DNA of 27,693 bases from a virus (IMGVR_UViG_3300005805_009915:1-27693), one strand, 5' to 3'; numbered from the stretch's first letter, positions 9,517 to 19,715 are shown. Notes: generated by a model from the letters alone, not told the origin. Translations and numbers: made by a program.

Positions 9517-10854
9517 CTAAAACTTTAATACTATTTTGAAATCTTCAATCTGATCGGAAGACCTGCTAATTGGTTGTATATTATCTATATATAAAAGTTG
9601 TCCAGAATGAGGTTGAACTTCTGGAACAGTTATGGGAAGAGTTACTGTTCCTGTTGCTCCAGTGTCATAACCTATTAGAGATGTTGCTTGTAGTGAGCCT
9701 CGAGTATTGGCCAACTTCAATTGATTTGAACCGTTCCAGTCTACAACTGTGCCTGTAAATGTTGCGTTGGCAAGAACAAGACCCTGATACACAACTTCGT
9801 CTTCCGCAAAGTTGTCATCATCAACACCTGAAAGTGTGACAATCGTATACTGAGAGAATGCTGTATTTTGCTCAACTCTTGTTGTGCCATAAATGATAGG
9901 ATCTCTTATCAACGAAACTTGTCTAAATTCGTTAGTTGTAGGCAATTTACCGTTTTCATCATAACGTAATCTTACATTCAACATTAGATTGCTTCCACCC
10001 AATTCATGTAATGCATCTGATCCGTGACCACCAGGAGGACTTATTATTGCCCTTAGACTTGCTCCTATTCCAGAAGTTGAATCATCATAAACCATAACGT
10101 TGGCATATGTATAACCCGAACCTGGTCTATCAATGACGATGGAATTAATAGTATTTGTCATAGCATTTGTCTTAGCAAATGCGTTTGCTCCTGAACCATC
10201 GCCCGTAATTGTAATCCAAATCTTAGTGTTGTCAACATAATCTTGACCACCATTAACGACATCAATATATTCTATACCGCCATCGATAGCATTATCTTGA
10301 ACGTCCCATTGTAATGATCCATCATCGTTTGTTAGAGTTTTAACTGGAATATACTCAGATGTGGTAAATCTTAATTGCTCACCAGATGAAATTGAATAAA
10401 TATATTTCCAGATGTAGCCGTCTGCTTCCTGAACTGTTCCAGTTGTAATCTTCTGAGTAGGAACGTTTTGTGATGGTGCGCCGTTGTTATTTGAAATACA
10501 CTTGTACACATCCCAGTTTGATGTGACAACATAGAAATCTGTATTGGGATTAAATAGTATTAGAGAGCATGTGCAATGATCATACCTGTCATAGACTGTA
10601 TTTGCTGTCCAGTCTATTCTACGTATACAGTGATACATATCGTTGCCCGTAACGCGCTTGGCACCTATCATATTGCGATAGACTTCATATAGAGAAGTTA
10701 CGGAACTATTGGCCTGCGGTGGAGCAGCATCATTTGCCCAAGATTCCACTTTACCAATCGTAAAATAAAGTCCAGTATTTGCAACTTCCGATGCGGATTC
10801 TTTGAACTGTTCGGCATTAAAGATGTTTAGATTTTTAGAATAAACTGAGGCCAT
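9517..10854 (-). CDS. gp8: Baseplate wedge subunit gp8-like (445 aa)
   Basis: RRIDW...FYVVTSNWDVYKCISN...DGYIWKYIY...YIPV, ISPPGGHGSD...ELGG, FRQVSLIRDP, terminal EDFKIVLKF; synteny after gp7; ATG at 10854 chosen over TTG at 10866. Confidence 0.9.
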   Translation of the reverse strand: MASVYSKNLNIFNAEQFKESASEVANTGLYFTIGKVESWANDAAPPQANSSVTSLYEVYRNMIGAKRVTGNDMYHCIRRIDWTANTVYDRYDHCTCSLILFNPNTDFYVVTSNWDVYKCISNNNGAPSQNVPTQKITTGTVQEADGYIWKYIYSISSGEQLRFTTSEYIPVKTLTNDDGSLQWDVQDNAIDGGIEYIDVVNGGQDYVDNTKIWITITGDGSGANAFAKTNAMTNTINSIVIDRPGSGYTYANVMVYDDSTSGIGASLRAIISPPGGHGSDALHELGGSNLMLNVRLRYDENGKLPTTNEFRQVSLIRDPIIYGTTRVEQNTAFSQYTIVTLSGVDDDNFAEDEVVYQGLVLANATFTGTVVDWNGSNQLKLANTRGSLQATSLIGYDTGATGTVTLPITVPEVQPHSGQLLYIDNIQPISRSSDQIEDFKIVLKF

Positions 10855-10875
10855 TTTATTTTCCAATTTTCTTCA

Positions 10876-10883
10876 TATTTATA
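10876..10883 (-). promoter_or_regulatory. T4 late promoter TATAAATA
   Basis: Perfect consensus in the gp7-gp8 intergenic gap. Confidence 0.8.
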
Positions 10884-10886
10884 TCA

Positions 10887-13226
10887 CTAAGAAACATATC
10901 CAATGTACGCATTTCCACTATTGTATCCGTTCGATGATGCGATTGTCGTATGAACAACATTATAGGTATTTGAGTTGGCTACAGCAACAATTGTCAAAAT
11001 ACCGTTTGTAATGTTCGCTGTTGTGCTATTAATTACCTCAAAATACAGATTATTTCCAACACTAAATCCGTGATTTGCTCTATATACAGACATATTGTTC
11101 AACCAAATGTTTGCTGTACCATTTGATATTGGATTTGTATTCGTAGTGATTCTAAATGTGTTTTGAGACAATACTGTTGTTGTGTATGTTCTGTTTGGTA
11201 GATTTGCCAGATCGCCCGTATAGAAGTCTATACGAATAACATCATTTGTGTATAGTCCATGATTGTTGGCAGTTAGAACAATCACATTCTGAGTATAAGT
11301 GTTGTATGTTGCTAGAGTTGATGAGGTATAGAAACTTGAAAGTTTTAATATAGAATTTCCAGTTGTTCTTGCTGTAGACACTTGAACATTTATAGTTTCG
11401 CCGTTGTCCACGGTTGTATATTCGCCGAACAAACTCATACCAGCAGGATGAACCAGGTCTTTCAATGCTTTTCTGTAGTTATTGATAGCCTGCTTAATTT
11501 TCACGACATAAGAATAGTTGTGATAATACTTACCGTCTTGTAGGAAGTTAAAGCTGCTCAAATGACCGTCATCATTTAGATATCTGCCTGGATAAGTATA
11601 AACGCCTTGAACGATAGTTGATACAGCTTGGGCTGTACCAGAACCAATTGATTTGAGATTGATTGTCGGCGGAATTGCATATCCAGAACCACCAGACAGA
11701 ATCGAAAGTTCTAGAATTGCACCAACTTCATCCGAGGTGCTTGTTAGTGTTTCACCAAAGCCTAAGATGGCCGAAACAGTAACATTTCCGCCAACACCTG
11801 TCGATGTGATAATATTAGCTGTTGGCAATTCAAGCATATTATAACCAGAACCGCCTATGTAATGTCCTGATACGGCTTTAAATTTCACACTGGTAATTGC
11901 ACCTGTGCCGTTAACTGTGGCTACATATCCTCTTGCTCCTGTACCAGCACCTATAGTTGCATAAGGTCTGTTGATTATTTCAATCTCGTCATTTACTGCG
12001 TATCCGCTACCAGGAGAAACAATTCTCATTTTTCCAAGAATACCAAGATTTTTGACTCTTGTGTTGGCCACGGCTGTCATGGTAGGCGCTGCCAAATAAT
12101 TATTACCGCCTGTCAGAACGACCACTCTTTGAATTGGTCCAGTATTTGCATAGCGGAAATAAATCATAGAATTGCCGATCCAGTTGTTTGCTGGATCGGC
12201 AACTGTATTAACAAGATTGGAATAAAGGGCGTTGCCAATAGCTGTATTTGCTTCACGACTTATGAGAGATATGACAATATTGTATGTGTTTGGATGCACG
12301 GACTCGTCGGCGTTTATCAGAGAAACGTATGCGTTTGCTCCAGTTCCTGTCGAACTGGATATCAGAATTACGTTTGTGTTTTGAAATCCAGCGCCGCCAT
12401 CTGTGGGTGATATCGTTCTGATTGCCGCCTTTGATGTGGAAGAAACAACAATAATACCGCCAGTGCCAGTATTGCTTTCGATAATAGCTTGATCGCCAAC
12501 AGAATAGTTATTGCCTCTTTCGGTAATGTCTACACGAACGATAATACCAGAGAACACGTTTGCTGAGATATACTTAATCTGACCTTCTTCTTCAAAAAAG
12601 GCCGAGACCTTTTCGCCAGAACTAAAATCTCTGACCTGATTAGAAACTTTTAGTTCCTTAACAATCACGCCGTTTTCATAGTACACATCAACAGATTCTA
12701 CGGTGGCTGTGGCGTTTGATGTTAGTCCTCTAATTTGACGACCAGCGAAGTTCTTGGCTGTAAATATTCCAGGATCCGCAGTATTGTTTACCTGAATGTC
12801 ATAGACTTTAAGTGATTTTTCCTGATACCACTTACCATCAGAGGCTTTGAGAATATCTCTCTTGGGGTAATAGAAATCTGTCTCTAGATCGTACAGAATA
12901 GCAAGAAGAAACTCAATAGACTTCTCTGTGCCTCTAGCACGATAAAAGTCTTTGATATGCTTTATGATGAAATCTTTATCTGCAATAGTTTCTTTTGGAA
13001 TAAGACTTAGAAACTGTGAGTATAATTTCTCTGAGTATAAGTCAATATTGCGGTCAACATCCAGTGCTTCACGAAAACCCTTGGCCCTCTCAATTGTTTT
13101 ACCTTCTTGTTCAAGATATTGATAGTATGCTTCAATGAACTTGATAAAGACAGGATGATCGTTCCTAACAAAGAACGGTGCCTGAGAATATACGAAGTTT
13201 GAAATGCCTACGTTCGTATTTGCCAT
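10887..13226 (-). CDS. gp7: Baseplate wedge initiator gp7-like (779 aa)
   Basis: PFFVR...FIKFIEAYYQYLE, IKHIKDFYRARGTEKS, ILKASDGKW, LQDGKYYHNYSYV...LVHPAGMSLFGE; synteny gp6-gp7-gp8. Confidence 0.8.
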   Translation of the reverse strand: MANTNVGISNFVYSQAPFFVRNDHPVFIKFIEAYYQYLEQEGKTIERAKGFREALDVDRNIDLYSEKLYSQFLSLIPKETIADKDFIIKHIKDFYRARGTEKSIEFLLAILYDLETDFYYPKRDILKASDGKWYQEKSLKVYDIQVNNTADPGIFTAKNFAGRQIRGLTSNATATVESVDVYYENGVIVKELKVSNQVRDFSSGEKVSAFFEEEGQIKYISANVFSGIIVRVDITERGNNYSVGDQAIIESNTGTGGIIVVSSTSKAAIRTISPTDGGAGFQNTNVILISSSTGTGANAYVSLINADESVHPNTYNIVISLISREANTAIGNALYSNLVNTVADPANNWIGNSMIYFRYANTGPIQRVVVLTGGNNYLAAPTMTAVANTRVKNLGILGKMRIVSPGSGYAVNDEIEIINRPYATIGAGTGARGYVATVNGTGAITSVKFKAVSGHYIGGSGYNMLELPTANIITSTGVGGNVTVSAILGFGETLTSTSDEVGAILELSILSGGSGYAIPPTINLKSIGSGTAQAVSTIVQGVYTYPGRYLNDDGHLSSFNFLQDGKYYHNYSYVVKIKQAINNYRKALKDLVHPAGMSLFGEYTTVDNGETINVQVSTARTTGNSILKLSSFYTSSTLATYNTYTQNVIVLTANNHGLYTNDVIRIDFYTGDLANLPNRTYTTTVLSQNTFRITTNTNPISNGTANIWLNNMSVYRANHGFSVGNNLYFEVINSTTANITNGILTIVAVANSNTYNVVHTTIASSNGYNSGNAYIGYVS

Positions 13227-15304
13227 TATTCTGCTTCTAGTGTAAGTTGAAGTGCAAAGGGATCACCCTCGTCAAAACTAATAATACGGTTGCGAAGTGG
13301 CATAATTATTTCGCCTTGAGATGGAATATTAAATGTCAGAACGTCAGCAGGATAAAAATCGTTCTCAACTAATGACTGAGCGTTGAATGATTCCAAGAAA
13401 ATTTCACCCGTATCGTAATCAATAGTTCCAGCATTTGAATTGATTATAACCTTTTCGCCGTTTTGTTCATAATAGAATGTGCGTAGAACTCCAGTTCTGG
13501 CTTCTAGCATCGCTGTTGCTGTGGCCTCAGAACCGCCACCTCCTTCAATGTATACAGTTGCGCGACTGTAGTTTGTACCTCTGTTTGTCACAGTGATCGT
13601 TGATATTCTTCCATTCACAATCTTGGCTGTGGCCGTCGCGCCGATACCATCACCACTTATTCTAATTGTAGGTGTAGATGTATAGTTTATTCCTGGATTT
13701 TCTATGACAATTTCTTCTACACCCGTAAACGACTCAGGAACTTCTTCGACATAAACGTTGCGAAGAATGTTTGTCAAATCGTATACTTTTGCTTCTGGAA
13801 ACGTAAACAACTTAGAGACATAATCACCCTTACGTAGAGGAACGTTAAACTTTACACGAACGTTTTCTGATGTTCCAAGAGTTAATATATGTCTCTTTTG
13901 TAGATAGATTTGAATGTCTGATCCTGTGATGGAACGTTCAGCATTTTCCATGTAATTCTGCAACTTAGATTTACGGAAAACAGAATCAAATCTCTTTAGT
14001 TCAGCATTATTATAATCTGTTATGGCTGCTCTCACAAGAGTAAGAATTTCATCTGCCGTGAGTGATGTCTTGCTTGGATTATATGTAATTTTACCAATGA
14101 TAGTGATGTACTCATAATCAGGATCAATAATTTCAGGAATGATTGTCAATACATTTCTAGAACGAATCAGATTTTCCTTGATCTGCTCTTTCTGTAGAGT
14201 TGTCAGAACGTAGTTTGTTCTTGGCTTTAATGATAGATAGACCTTGCCATATACGACTGGATCATTATCTTCACCGCCCCAGCAAGAGGCCGCATCAATA
14301 TAAGGAAAATCTCTAGTGATAATTGTTTCATAGTCGTTTGTTGTCACTGCACGATTTTGGACTGTGTAGTGATATGGCGCGCGGAAACGAATTTGTTCGA
14401 TTGTTTCCTTATCTGCTGCACCATACGATGGAGTTGTAGAACTTACGATGACGTTACTACTATACTCTCCGCCAATCTTGTCAATAAATGAGAAACTGTT
14501 AATACTATTGGCCACAGAACCAACATTGTCAAGATATCTGATATTGATGACAGAACCAATCTTTGGCGTCTTACCAATAATGTTATCGCCAAATTGAACC
14601 ACATAATTTAAATCTGTGTCTTCTTCTACAAAATATGCAGCGGTGTTGCCTTGAACCAGAGTAATATCGTTATATTGATTGTATACGGTTGTATATGTGT
14701 TTGTTGGTGACTCCTGTACAGAAACCAACAAAGTGGATGTGTCTACATTAGAAGATGGAATTTTAAAACGACGGCGCGTGTTCTGAGCATCCATTAGATA
14801 TTGGCGCGTAATTACTTCGCCCTGTCTGATGACAACATTTGCAAAGTTAAATGAACCAGATACTTTGGAAACTGTATTGGAATAAAGAGTAACGAATGGA
14901 TAATTGATGCCGTTGATATCTGCACCAAGAAGTCTTGTATATTTGTCAAGTGTAACGGATTGTGCTGTAGTATCTTCTGATCCTGGCGCAGGAGTGACAA
15001 CTATATTAATCTTTGTTTCCGCACCTTGACTGCTTCTTGGTGTATAGTTCATCAACTTGGCAATTGATATCATGGATTCACGCAACTGAGCCGTGTCCAT
15101 AAATGCTTCATTGCCAACCATGTTGAGATAGTAACCCATGTAGTGAGTATTATAGGCCAGCAGATCGATAAGAATCGACATACCAGAACCTTCAAAGTCA
15201 AAATCTTGAAATTCAGATTGACTGCGAAGATAGTTTTTTAGATTTCTTTTGATTGAATCAAAATCAAGTTCTGCTATTCTTAGTGAAGTGTTTGATGTGC
15301 TCAT
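13226..15304 (-). CDS. gp6: Baseplate wedge subunit gp6 (692 aa)
   Basis: ELDFDSIKRNLKNYLRSQSEFQDFDFEGSG, LAYNTHY, QNRAVTTNDY, WGGEDNDPVVYGKVYLS, AGTIDYDTG motifs. Confidence 0.95.
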   Translation of the reverse strand: MSTSNTSLRIAELDFDSIKRNLKNYLRSQSEFQDFDFEGSGMSILIDLLAYNTHYMGYYLNMVGNEAFMDTAQLRESMISIAKLMNYTPRSSQGAETKINIVVTPAPGSEDTTAQSVTLDKYTRLLGADINGINYPFVTLYSNTVSKVSGSFNFANVVIRQGEVITRQYLMDAQNTRRRFKIPSSNVDTSTLLVSVQESPTNTYTTVYNQYNDITLVQGNTAAYFVEEDTDLNYVVQFGDNIIGKTPKIGSVINIRYLDNVGSVANSINSFSFIDKIGGEYSSNVIVSSTTPSYGAADKETIEQIRFRAPYHYTVQNRAVTTNDYETIITRDFPYIDAASCWGGEDNDPVVYGKVYLSLKPRTNYVLTTLQKEQIKENLIRSRNVLTIIPEIIDPDYEYITIIGKITYNPSKTSLTADEILTLVRAAITDYNNAELKRFDSVFRKSKLQNYMENAERSITGSDIQIYLQKRHILTLGTSENVRVKFNVPLRKGDYVSKLFTFPEAKVYDLTNILRNVYVEEVPESFTGVEEIVIENPGINYTSTPTIRISGDGIGATATAKIVNGRISTITVTNRGTNYSRATVYIEGGGGSEATATAMLEARTGVLRTFYYEQNGEKVIINSNAGTIDYDTGEIFLESFNAQSLVENDFYPADVLTFNIPSQGEIIMPLRNRIISFDEGDPFALQLTLEAE

Positions 15305-15702
15305 CTAATGCGCTCTAGAAATAAAGTGATGACTGCTGGTTCGTTTCGATTTAATATCGTGAAATACAATTTCAAATTGTATCCATTATTGTCGTTATCA
15401 AATTTTATTTCCAAATCTTCTACGCGGATTCTTGGCTCAAATGTTCTAAGTGTTTCACGAACAGCATTATCTAGGAAATTAGATGTGATAGGAGTGGCAT
15501 TATCAAACAGCAATTTGAGAGCATTAGATCCAATATATGACTGGAATGGTCTATCATAAAAATTAGTTAAAAGTAAATTACGTACTGATCTTTTAATGGC
15601 ATCAACGCCAGTCTTTTTCATGACATCCTTTGTTGAAGGATGAGGCATGAAATCGAGGTCTAAGTCGGAATAATCTTTTTTTCTTGATACTGGATTGATC
15701 AT
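15301..15702 (-). CDS. gp25: Baseplate wedge subunit gp25 (GPW/gp25 family, 133 aa)
   Basis: YSDLDLDF...AIKRSVRNLLLTNFYDRPF...FEPRI...FLERIR. Confidence 0.95.
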   Translation of the reverse strand: MINPVSRKKDYSDLDLDFMPHPSTKDVMKKTGVDAIKRSVRNLLLTNFYDRPFQSYIGSNALKLLFDNATPITSNFLDNAVRETLRTFEPRIRVEDLEIKFDNDNNGYNLKLYFTILNRNEPAVITLFLERIR

Positions 15703-15707
15703 GTGAT

Positions 15708-15715
15708 TATTTATG
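15708..15715 (-). promoter_or_regulatory. Late promoter-like box CATAAATA, 5 nt upstream of the gp25 ATG
   Basis: Minus strand reads gCATAAATAatcacATG. Confidence 0.65.
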
Positions 15716-15720
15716 CTACC

Positions 15721-16554
15721 TTATCTTGGGCCGCCAGCCACAGGATTGGGATTAACTGGAATAGGGAACTTAATTTCCATTTCTTTTGCGTCAGTTGATT
15801 TGCCAGAGTTTAGATGAATTTCTGAGCCGCCATCTAGTGCCATTTCTCCGCCAGCTTTCATTGAGAACTTGCCTTCAGACTGCAACTTTAAAGCAGAATC
15901 GGATTTAATGTGTGTCATGCTGCCTGAGTGTAGCATCAATTCGCCAGTTGTAGCAATTCCTACATCTCCTTGTCCAGCAATAGATACGGACTCACCTGTA
16001 GAAGAAAGCGACAATCCACCATCAGAGGATATATTAGTTAAACCTTCCGTTTCAATAGATGTCGATCCCTCAATTTTCGTTGACATGTTTTTGGCCGATG
16101 TATCCATGTTACCGCGAACAACCGTATTCATATTCTTTGCTGTAATATTCATGTCGCCATTTACAGTGGTATTGTGATTACCCTGCACGGTCATATTATA
16201 ATCGCCGTCAACACTTAATGAGCAATCGCCCTTGACGGTAACATCGTATGCGCCCGTGATCTGGACTCTATTTTCACCAAAGACGAAAGTGTATTGCCCA
16301 TTGTGCGATACGAACTGCATTGCTCCATCAGGCAAACATTGAAACATGGAACCGCTGCGATGCTGTAGCGTGATGCTTTCCGCGCCCTCACTATCGTCCA
16401 TTGTAAATGTATGACCAGAGCGGGTCTTATGTGAATAATAGTTTGGATATGTGCCAGCGCCCTTTATACTTCTGGCATCTGGTGGACCCTTCCACTGCTT
16501 TGGTGTTTTTTCCTGATCTTCTTTATATGCAAACGTACCACTTGTCTCTGGCAT
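15721..16554 (-). CDS. gp5: gp5 C-terminal part: beta-helix cell-puncturing spike (277 aa)
   Basis: YPNYYSHKTRSGHTFTMDDSEGAESITLQHRSGS...PDG, then VxGxxxxx octapeptide repeats ending in IHLN; own SD-like AAAGGA upstream. Confidence 0.85.
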   Translation of the reverse strand: MPETSGTFAYKEDQEKTPKQWKGPPDARSIKGAGTYPNYYSHKTRSGHTFTMDDSEGAESITLQHRSGSMFQCLPDGAMQFVSHNGQYTFVFGENRVQITGAYDVTVKGDCSLSVDGDYNMTVQGNHNTTVNGDMNITAKNMNTVVRGNMDTSAKNMSTKIEGSTSIETEGLTNISSDGGLSLSSTGESVSIAGQGDVGIATTGELMLHSGSMTHIKSDSALKLQSEGKFSMKAGGEMALDGGSEIHLNSGKSTDAKEMEIKFPIPVNPNPVAGGPR

Positions 16555-16557
16555 AAT

Positions 16558-17808
16558 TTATCCTTTCCACTTCTTTAAACCACTTAATGTCACACCAACA
16601 TTGAAAATGTCTTTAGCGGCAGTATTTAATGAGTTTCTCATAGCTGTTCCCGGAGCAACGTTCTTCTGCATCTGTGTTACAGCCTTGGTCAATTCTGCTG
16701 TTGGTAATCTATTAAACATTTCATTTAATACTCCAGACGAGCCGCCGAACATATTTGCACCAGGAAATACTCCAGGAAATTGTGCGCCGTTAGACATGAG
16801 AGAAGAAAATGCTTCTGCTAGTTTCTGAACTGGTTCAGGCACAAGACTGGTAATATTACCAAGCGCATCGATTGACATTGGAATATCGCCGAATGGGCCG
16901 CCAGCAGATGTAAAGCTAACAGGAGGCAGACTGTCTAGACCGAACAATGATGTATCATATTGCAATTGCTGAAATGTGCCGACCATATCATAGATGGTTC
17001 TTGCGTTCGATAATAAGTTGGCTGCATTACTGAAATAAACTTCAGGATTAATCTTTGTTGCGGTGTTGAATCCACCGCTCTCCACTATTTCCATTGACTG
17101 CATGAGATTAGACATCGAATTTATTGCGCCGCCAATCTCTGGTGGAATATTCTTGAATAGTTCATCTTTTAGTGCAGCAGGCATACTAGACATGAGAGAG
17201 CCGAGTGTCATGTTCATACCTGGCAGCATACTTAGCATATCACCAGTTAGAATACTGGAAAATGCCTGTGTGGCTGTAGCGATATTTTGAACTTGCGGTA
17301 TCTGTATGCCATTCATAGGCCAGAGTGTAGTCGTTGAAGGCAAATACTTGACTAGTTCGTGAGCGTGATACTTGCCTTTTTCTTGCGGTGGTTTTGAACC
17401 AGCAGCACCAGAACCTACGTTTGGCGGAATGCGAATAGATGTAATATCTTTAATTGCTTGTAGAACAGCGGGCCACGGATTACTATTGCCTGGTGTCGTG
17501 CCATCTTTGTTAATGTCGTTCGGCACAGTACCTAGAATTGTCAAGTGACCAGAGCCTGAATGACCGCCCATCTTCATAGCCATAACAGCAGCACCGTGTT
17601 CTGGTGGTGGATTGAATGTTGTCACACCATGCTGATTGCCCTGCGCGAGTGTGCGTGAGAATGGCAAGTGTTTGATGTTTACGTCTTTACCATACTCTCC
17701 AGGCACATAAATGCGGCAGCCACCAGACTGAGTTGGATCTGGATCTTTGTCATTACCGCCCACAACAATGCCATATACAATCTTATTTTCATTTGGATAA
17801 GCAACCAT
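16558..17808 (-). CDS. gp5 N-terminal part: OB-fold followed by an unknown Met/Ser-rich helical domain, no lysozyme recognised (416 aa)
   Basis: GIVVGGNDKDPDPTQSGGCRIYVPG...LPF...PPPEHGAAV...ILGTVP matches the gp5/VgrG OB-fold pattern; TAATG coupling at 17808. Confidence 0.7.
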   Translation of the reverse strand: MVAYPNENKIVYGIVVGGNDKDPDPTQSGGCRIYVPGEYGKDVNIKHLPFSRTLAQGNQHGVTTFNPPPEHGAAVMAMKMGGHSGSGHLTILGTVPNDINKDGTTPGNSNPWPAVLQAIKDITSIRIPPNVGSGAAGSKPPQEKGKYHAHELVKYLPSTTTLWPMNGIQIPQVQNIATATQAFSSILTGDMLSMLPGMNMTLGSLMSSMPAALKDELFKNIPPEIGGAINSMSNLMQSMEIVESGGFNTATKINPEVYFSNAANLLSNARTIYDMVGTFQQLQYDTSLFGLDSLPPVSFTSAGGPFGDIPMSIDALGNITSLVPEPVQKLAEAFSSLMSNGAQFPGVFPGANMFGGSSGVLNEMFNRLPTAELTKAVTQMQKNVAPGTAMRNSLNTAAKDIFNVGVTLSGLKKWKG

Positions 17809-19043
17809 TAAACAATACCTCCACCGACTGAACGCGACACACAATCCATAGTAGTTGTGCCGTATCCGCCATTCTTAATATTATGTGTCAAACTATGTAT
17901 TAAATAATAACCTGTACCGAAATTATCAAACTTTTCTGTGCCGTAGCTATGAAAATAGACCTCAATTATTTTTCCAGCATGTAAAACAGGATTCCATGGT
18001 ACAGTCAGACGCAAATTAATCTTGTCTTCTTCTAGTAGAGACATACGCGCTTGGCGCAATAGCAAGTGTTTTTCAACATCGATATTGCAAGAGTCCTGGT
18101 CTTTGGCCGAATTAAAGTTTGTCAAAGAGGTCATATATTTGCCTTTACCATTACCGCAACCAACTGTCTTATTTCCTAATAAACTATTTTGCTTTAGCAT
18201 CGGATTAATTGTAACAATAGATGACATGAGAGAGCCGTCATCATCGGTACCATTTAATAAATCGGACAGATAATCAAAATCACAAGGGAATGAATAAGAC
18301 TGAATCGATTCTGGATGACCGAAGCCTGCCAACGAACCCATTTCTTGTGTGAAAAATCTAGCCACTCCACTCGTCGGTGCAGTAAGACTTCTTAGTGATC
18401 TGAAATGGTGTGTGCCACGTGGATCGCCTCTCGTAAAGTTCTCATAAGTCATATAATGAATAAATGACGGATCGACACTTTCGGCTAGAGCAACATCGGC
18501 TTGCTGAGAAATCACCTGAAATGGATGAATATTCTCTGCGATATAGTCTCTACCATTACCCGAAAATTCAACGTCTTTTGTCTTTGCTCCAACACATGTA
18601 CTTAGAACCTCATTTACCACCGCAGACGGACTAACGCATTTCCATGACTTTGATACCAGATTTCTTGCATCATTCAATAGAGTGTCATCGCATCCATGCA
18701 GAGTAAATTCTTCTATTCTGTTGGTAATCAGATTGCGATTGTCCATTCTATAGATGCGAGTTGATATTTCCATTTCATTAGGATAACCATATTCAGACAA
18801 TGCAGGCTTGATAATTTTAATGTCAGCAATTGATGTTTTAAAGTCATCCAAGTTTTTTATGAGTGGATTATGAGAATAACTTTGGAAAGATACGGATGTC
18901 TGCAATCCTGGAGTCAACAAACTCTCGGTTAAAGTAATTTCTTTTGGTGTTAAATCAAAAAATAGCGATCTACTAGTAGAACTACTAAAATCCACTTCAA
19001 AAGAAGTAATATATTTTTGTAAATTTTTAAACAGTTCCGTCAT
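17808..19043 (-). CDS. Baseplate hub protein, gp27-like (411 aa)
   Basis: ITLTESLL near the N-terminus; C-terminal LTVPWNPVLHAGKII...GYYLIHSLTH...TTTMD pattern of gp27/late-control-D/VgrG hubs; lies between gp53 and gp5. Confidence 0.7.
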   Translation of the reverse strand: MTELFKNLQKYITSFEVDFSSSTSRSLFFDLTPKEITLTESLLTPGLQTSVSFQSYSHNPLIKNLDDFKTSIADIKIIKPALSEYGYPNEMEISTRIYRMDNRNLITNRIEEFTLHGCDDTLLNDARNLVSKSWKCVSPSAVVNEVLSTCVGAKTKDVEFSGNGRDYIAENIHPFQVISQQADVALAESVDPSFIHYMTYENFTRGDPRGTHHFRSLRSLTAPTSGVARFFTQEMGSLAGFGHPESIQSYSFPCDFDYLSDLLNGTDDDGSLMSSIVTINPMLKQNSLLGNKTVGCGNGKGKYMTSLTNFNSAKDQDSCNIDVEKHLLLRQARMSLLEEDKINLRLTVPWNPVLHAGKIIEVYFHSYGTEKFDNFGTGYYLIHSLTHNIKNGGYGTTTMDCVSRSVGGGIV

Positions 19044-19714
19044 GGTTTTCTGTAAATAACTTTTCTACCTGTAAGATTATCTAGTTCACTGATAATTTGA
19101 TTGTAATATTGAGGCTGAATTATCTTGATAAATCTCTTGTCTTCGTTCAATTTCTGCTCATAGTCATAATAAGTTACTCTATCTCTGGAGATTGTTTCAA
19201 ATACAGTTTTACCTGCTACAGTGTAAGTAGAAAAGGCGGTCGTATCTGTGAGTGTATCATAGGAGTCCATATATTCAATATCTTCGGTTAACTTTTCTTC
19301 ATTTACCTGGAATTTAGTTATGTTTGTTACCTGAGCAAAAGGGTTTTCGCGGGTAATTACTTTTTCGTAGTGATGATAATTCGTTTTTGCCCATGCAGAA
19401 GATCCATATTTTTTGACTATATACTTTTCAAATGTTCTGTCGTCCATTGGCCAGTCGTAATATGGGTCGTATATATTATTGGCATACAGAATTATCCAGT
19501 GAGCCTGTGCATCACCGTATACTTGCTCGGCTAACGTCTCAGGTCTATCGCTGTCCTTAACAATATAGAAATAATAGGCATTGACATTATTTTCCATTAC
19601 ATCTTTAATAATACCGATACGAAATAATACATTCGTAACGGCATCAAATTCATTTAACAGTTTCTTATCTACTGTATATCGAACTAGAGGAAATTTATCT
19701 AAAAAGTTACCCAT
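19040..19714 (-). CDS. gp53: Baseplate wedge subunit gp53, LysM-like (224 aa)
   Basis: YIVKDSDRPETLAEQVYGDAQAHWIILYANNIYDPYYDWP, HHYE, YDYEQKLNEDKRFIKII. Confidence 0.92.
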   Translation of the reverse strand: MGNFLDKFPLVRYTVDKKLLNEFDAVTNVLFRIGIIKDVMENNVNAYYFYIVKDSDRPETLAEQVYGDAQAHWIILYANNIYDPYYDWPMDDRTFEKYIVKKYGSSAWAKTNYHHYEKVITRENPFAQVTNITKFQVNEEKLTEDIEYMDSYDTLTDTTAFSTYTVAGKTVFETISRDRVTYYDYEQKLNEDKRFIKIIQPQYYNQIISELDNLTGRKVIYRKP

Positions 19715-19715
19715 A

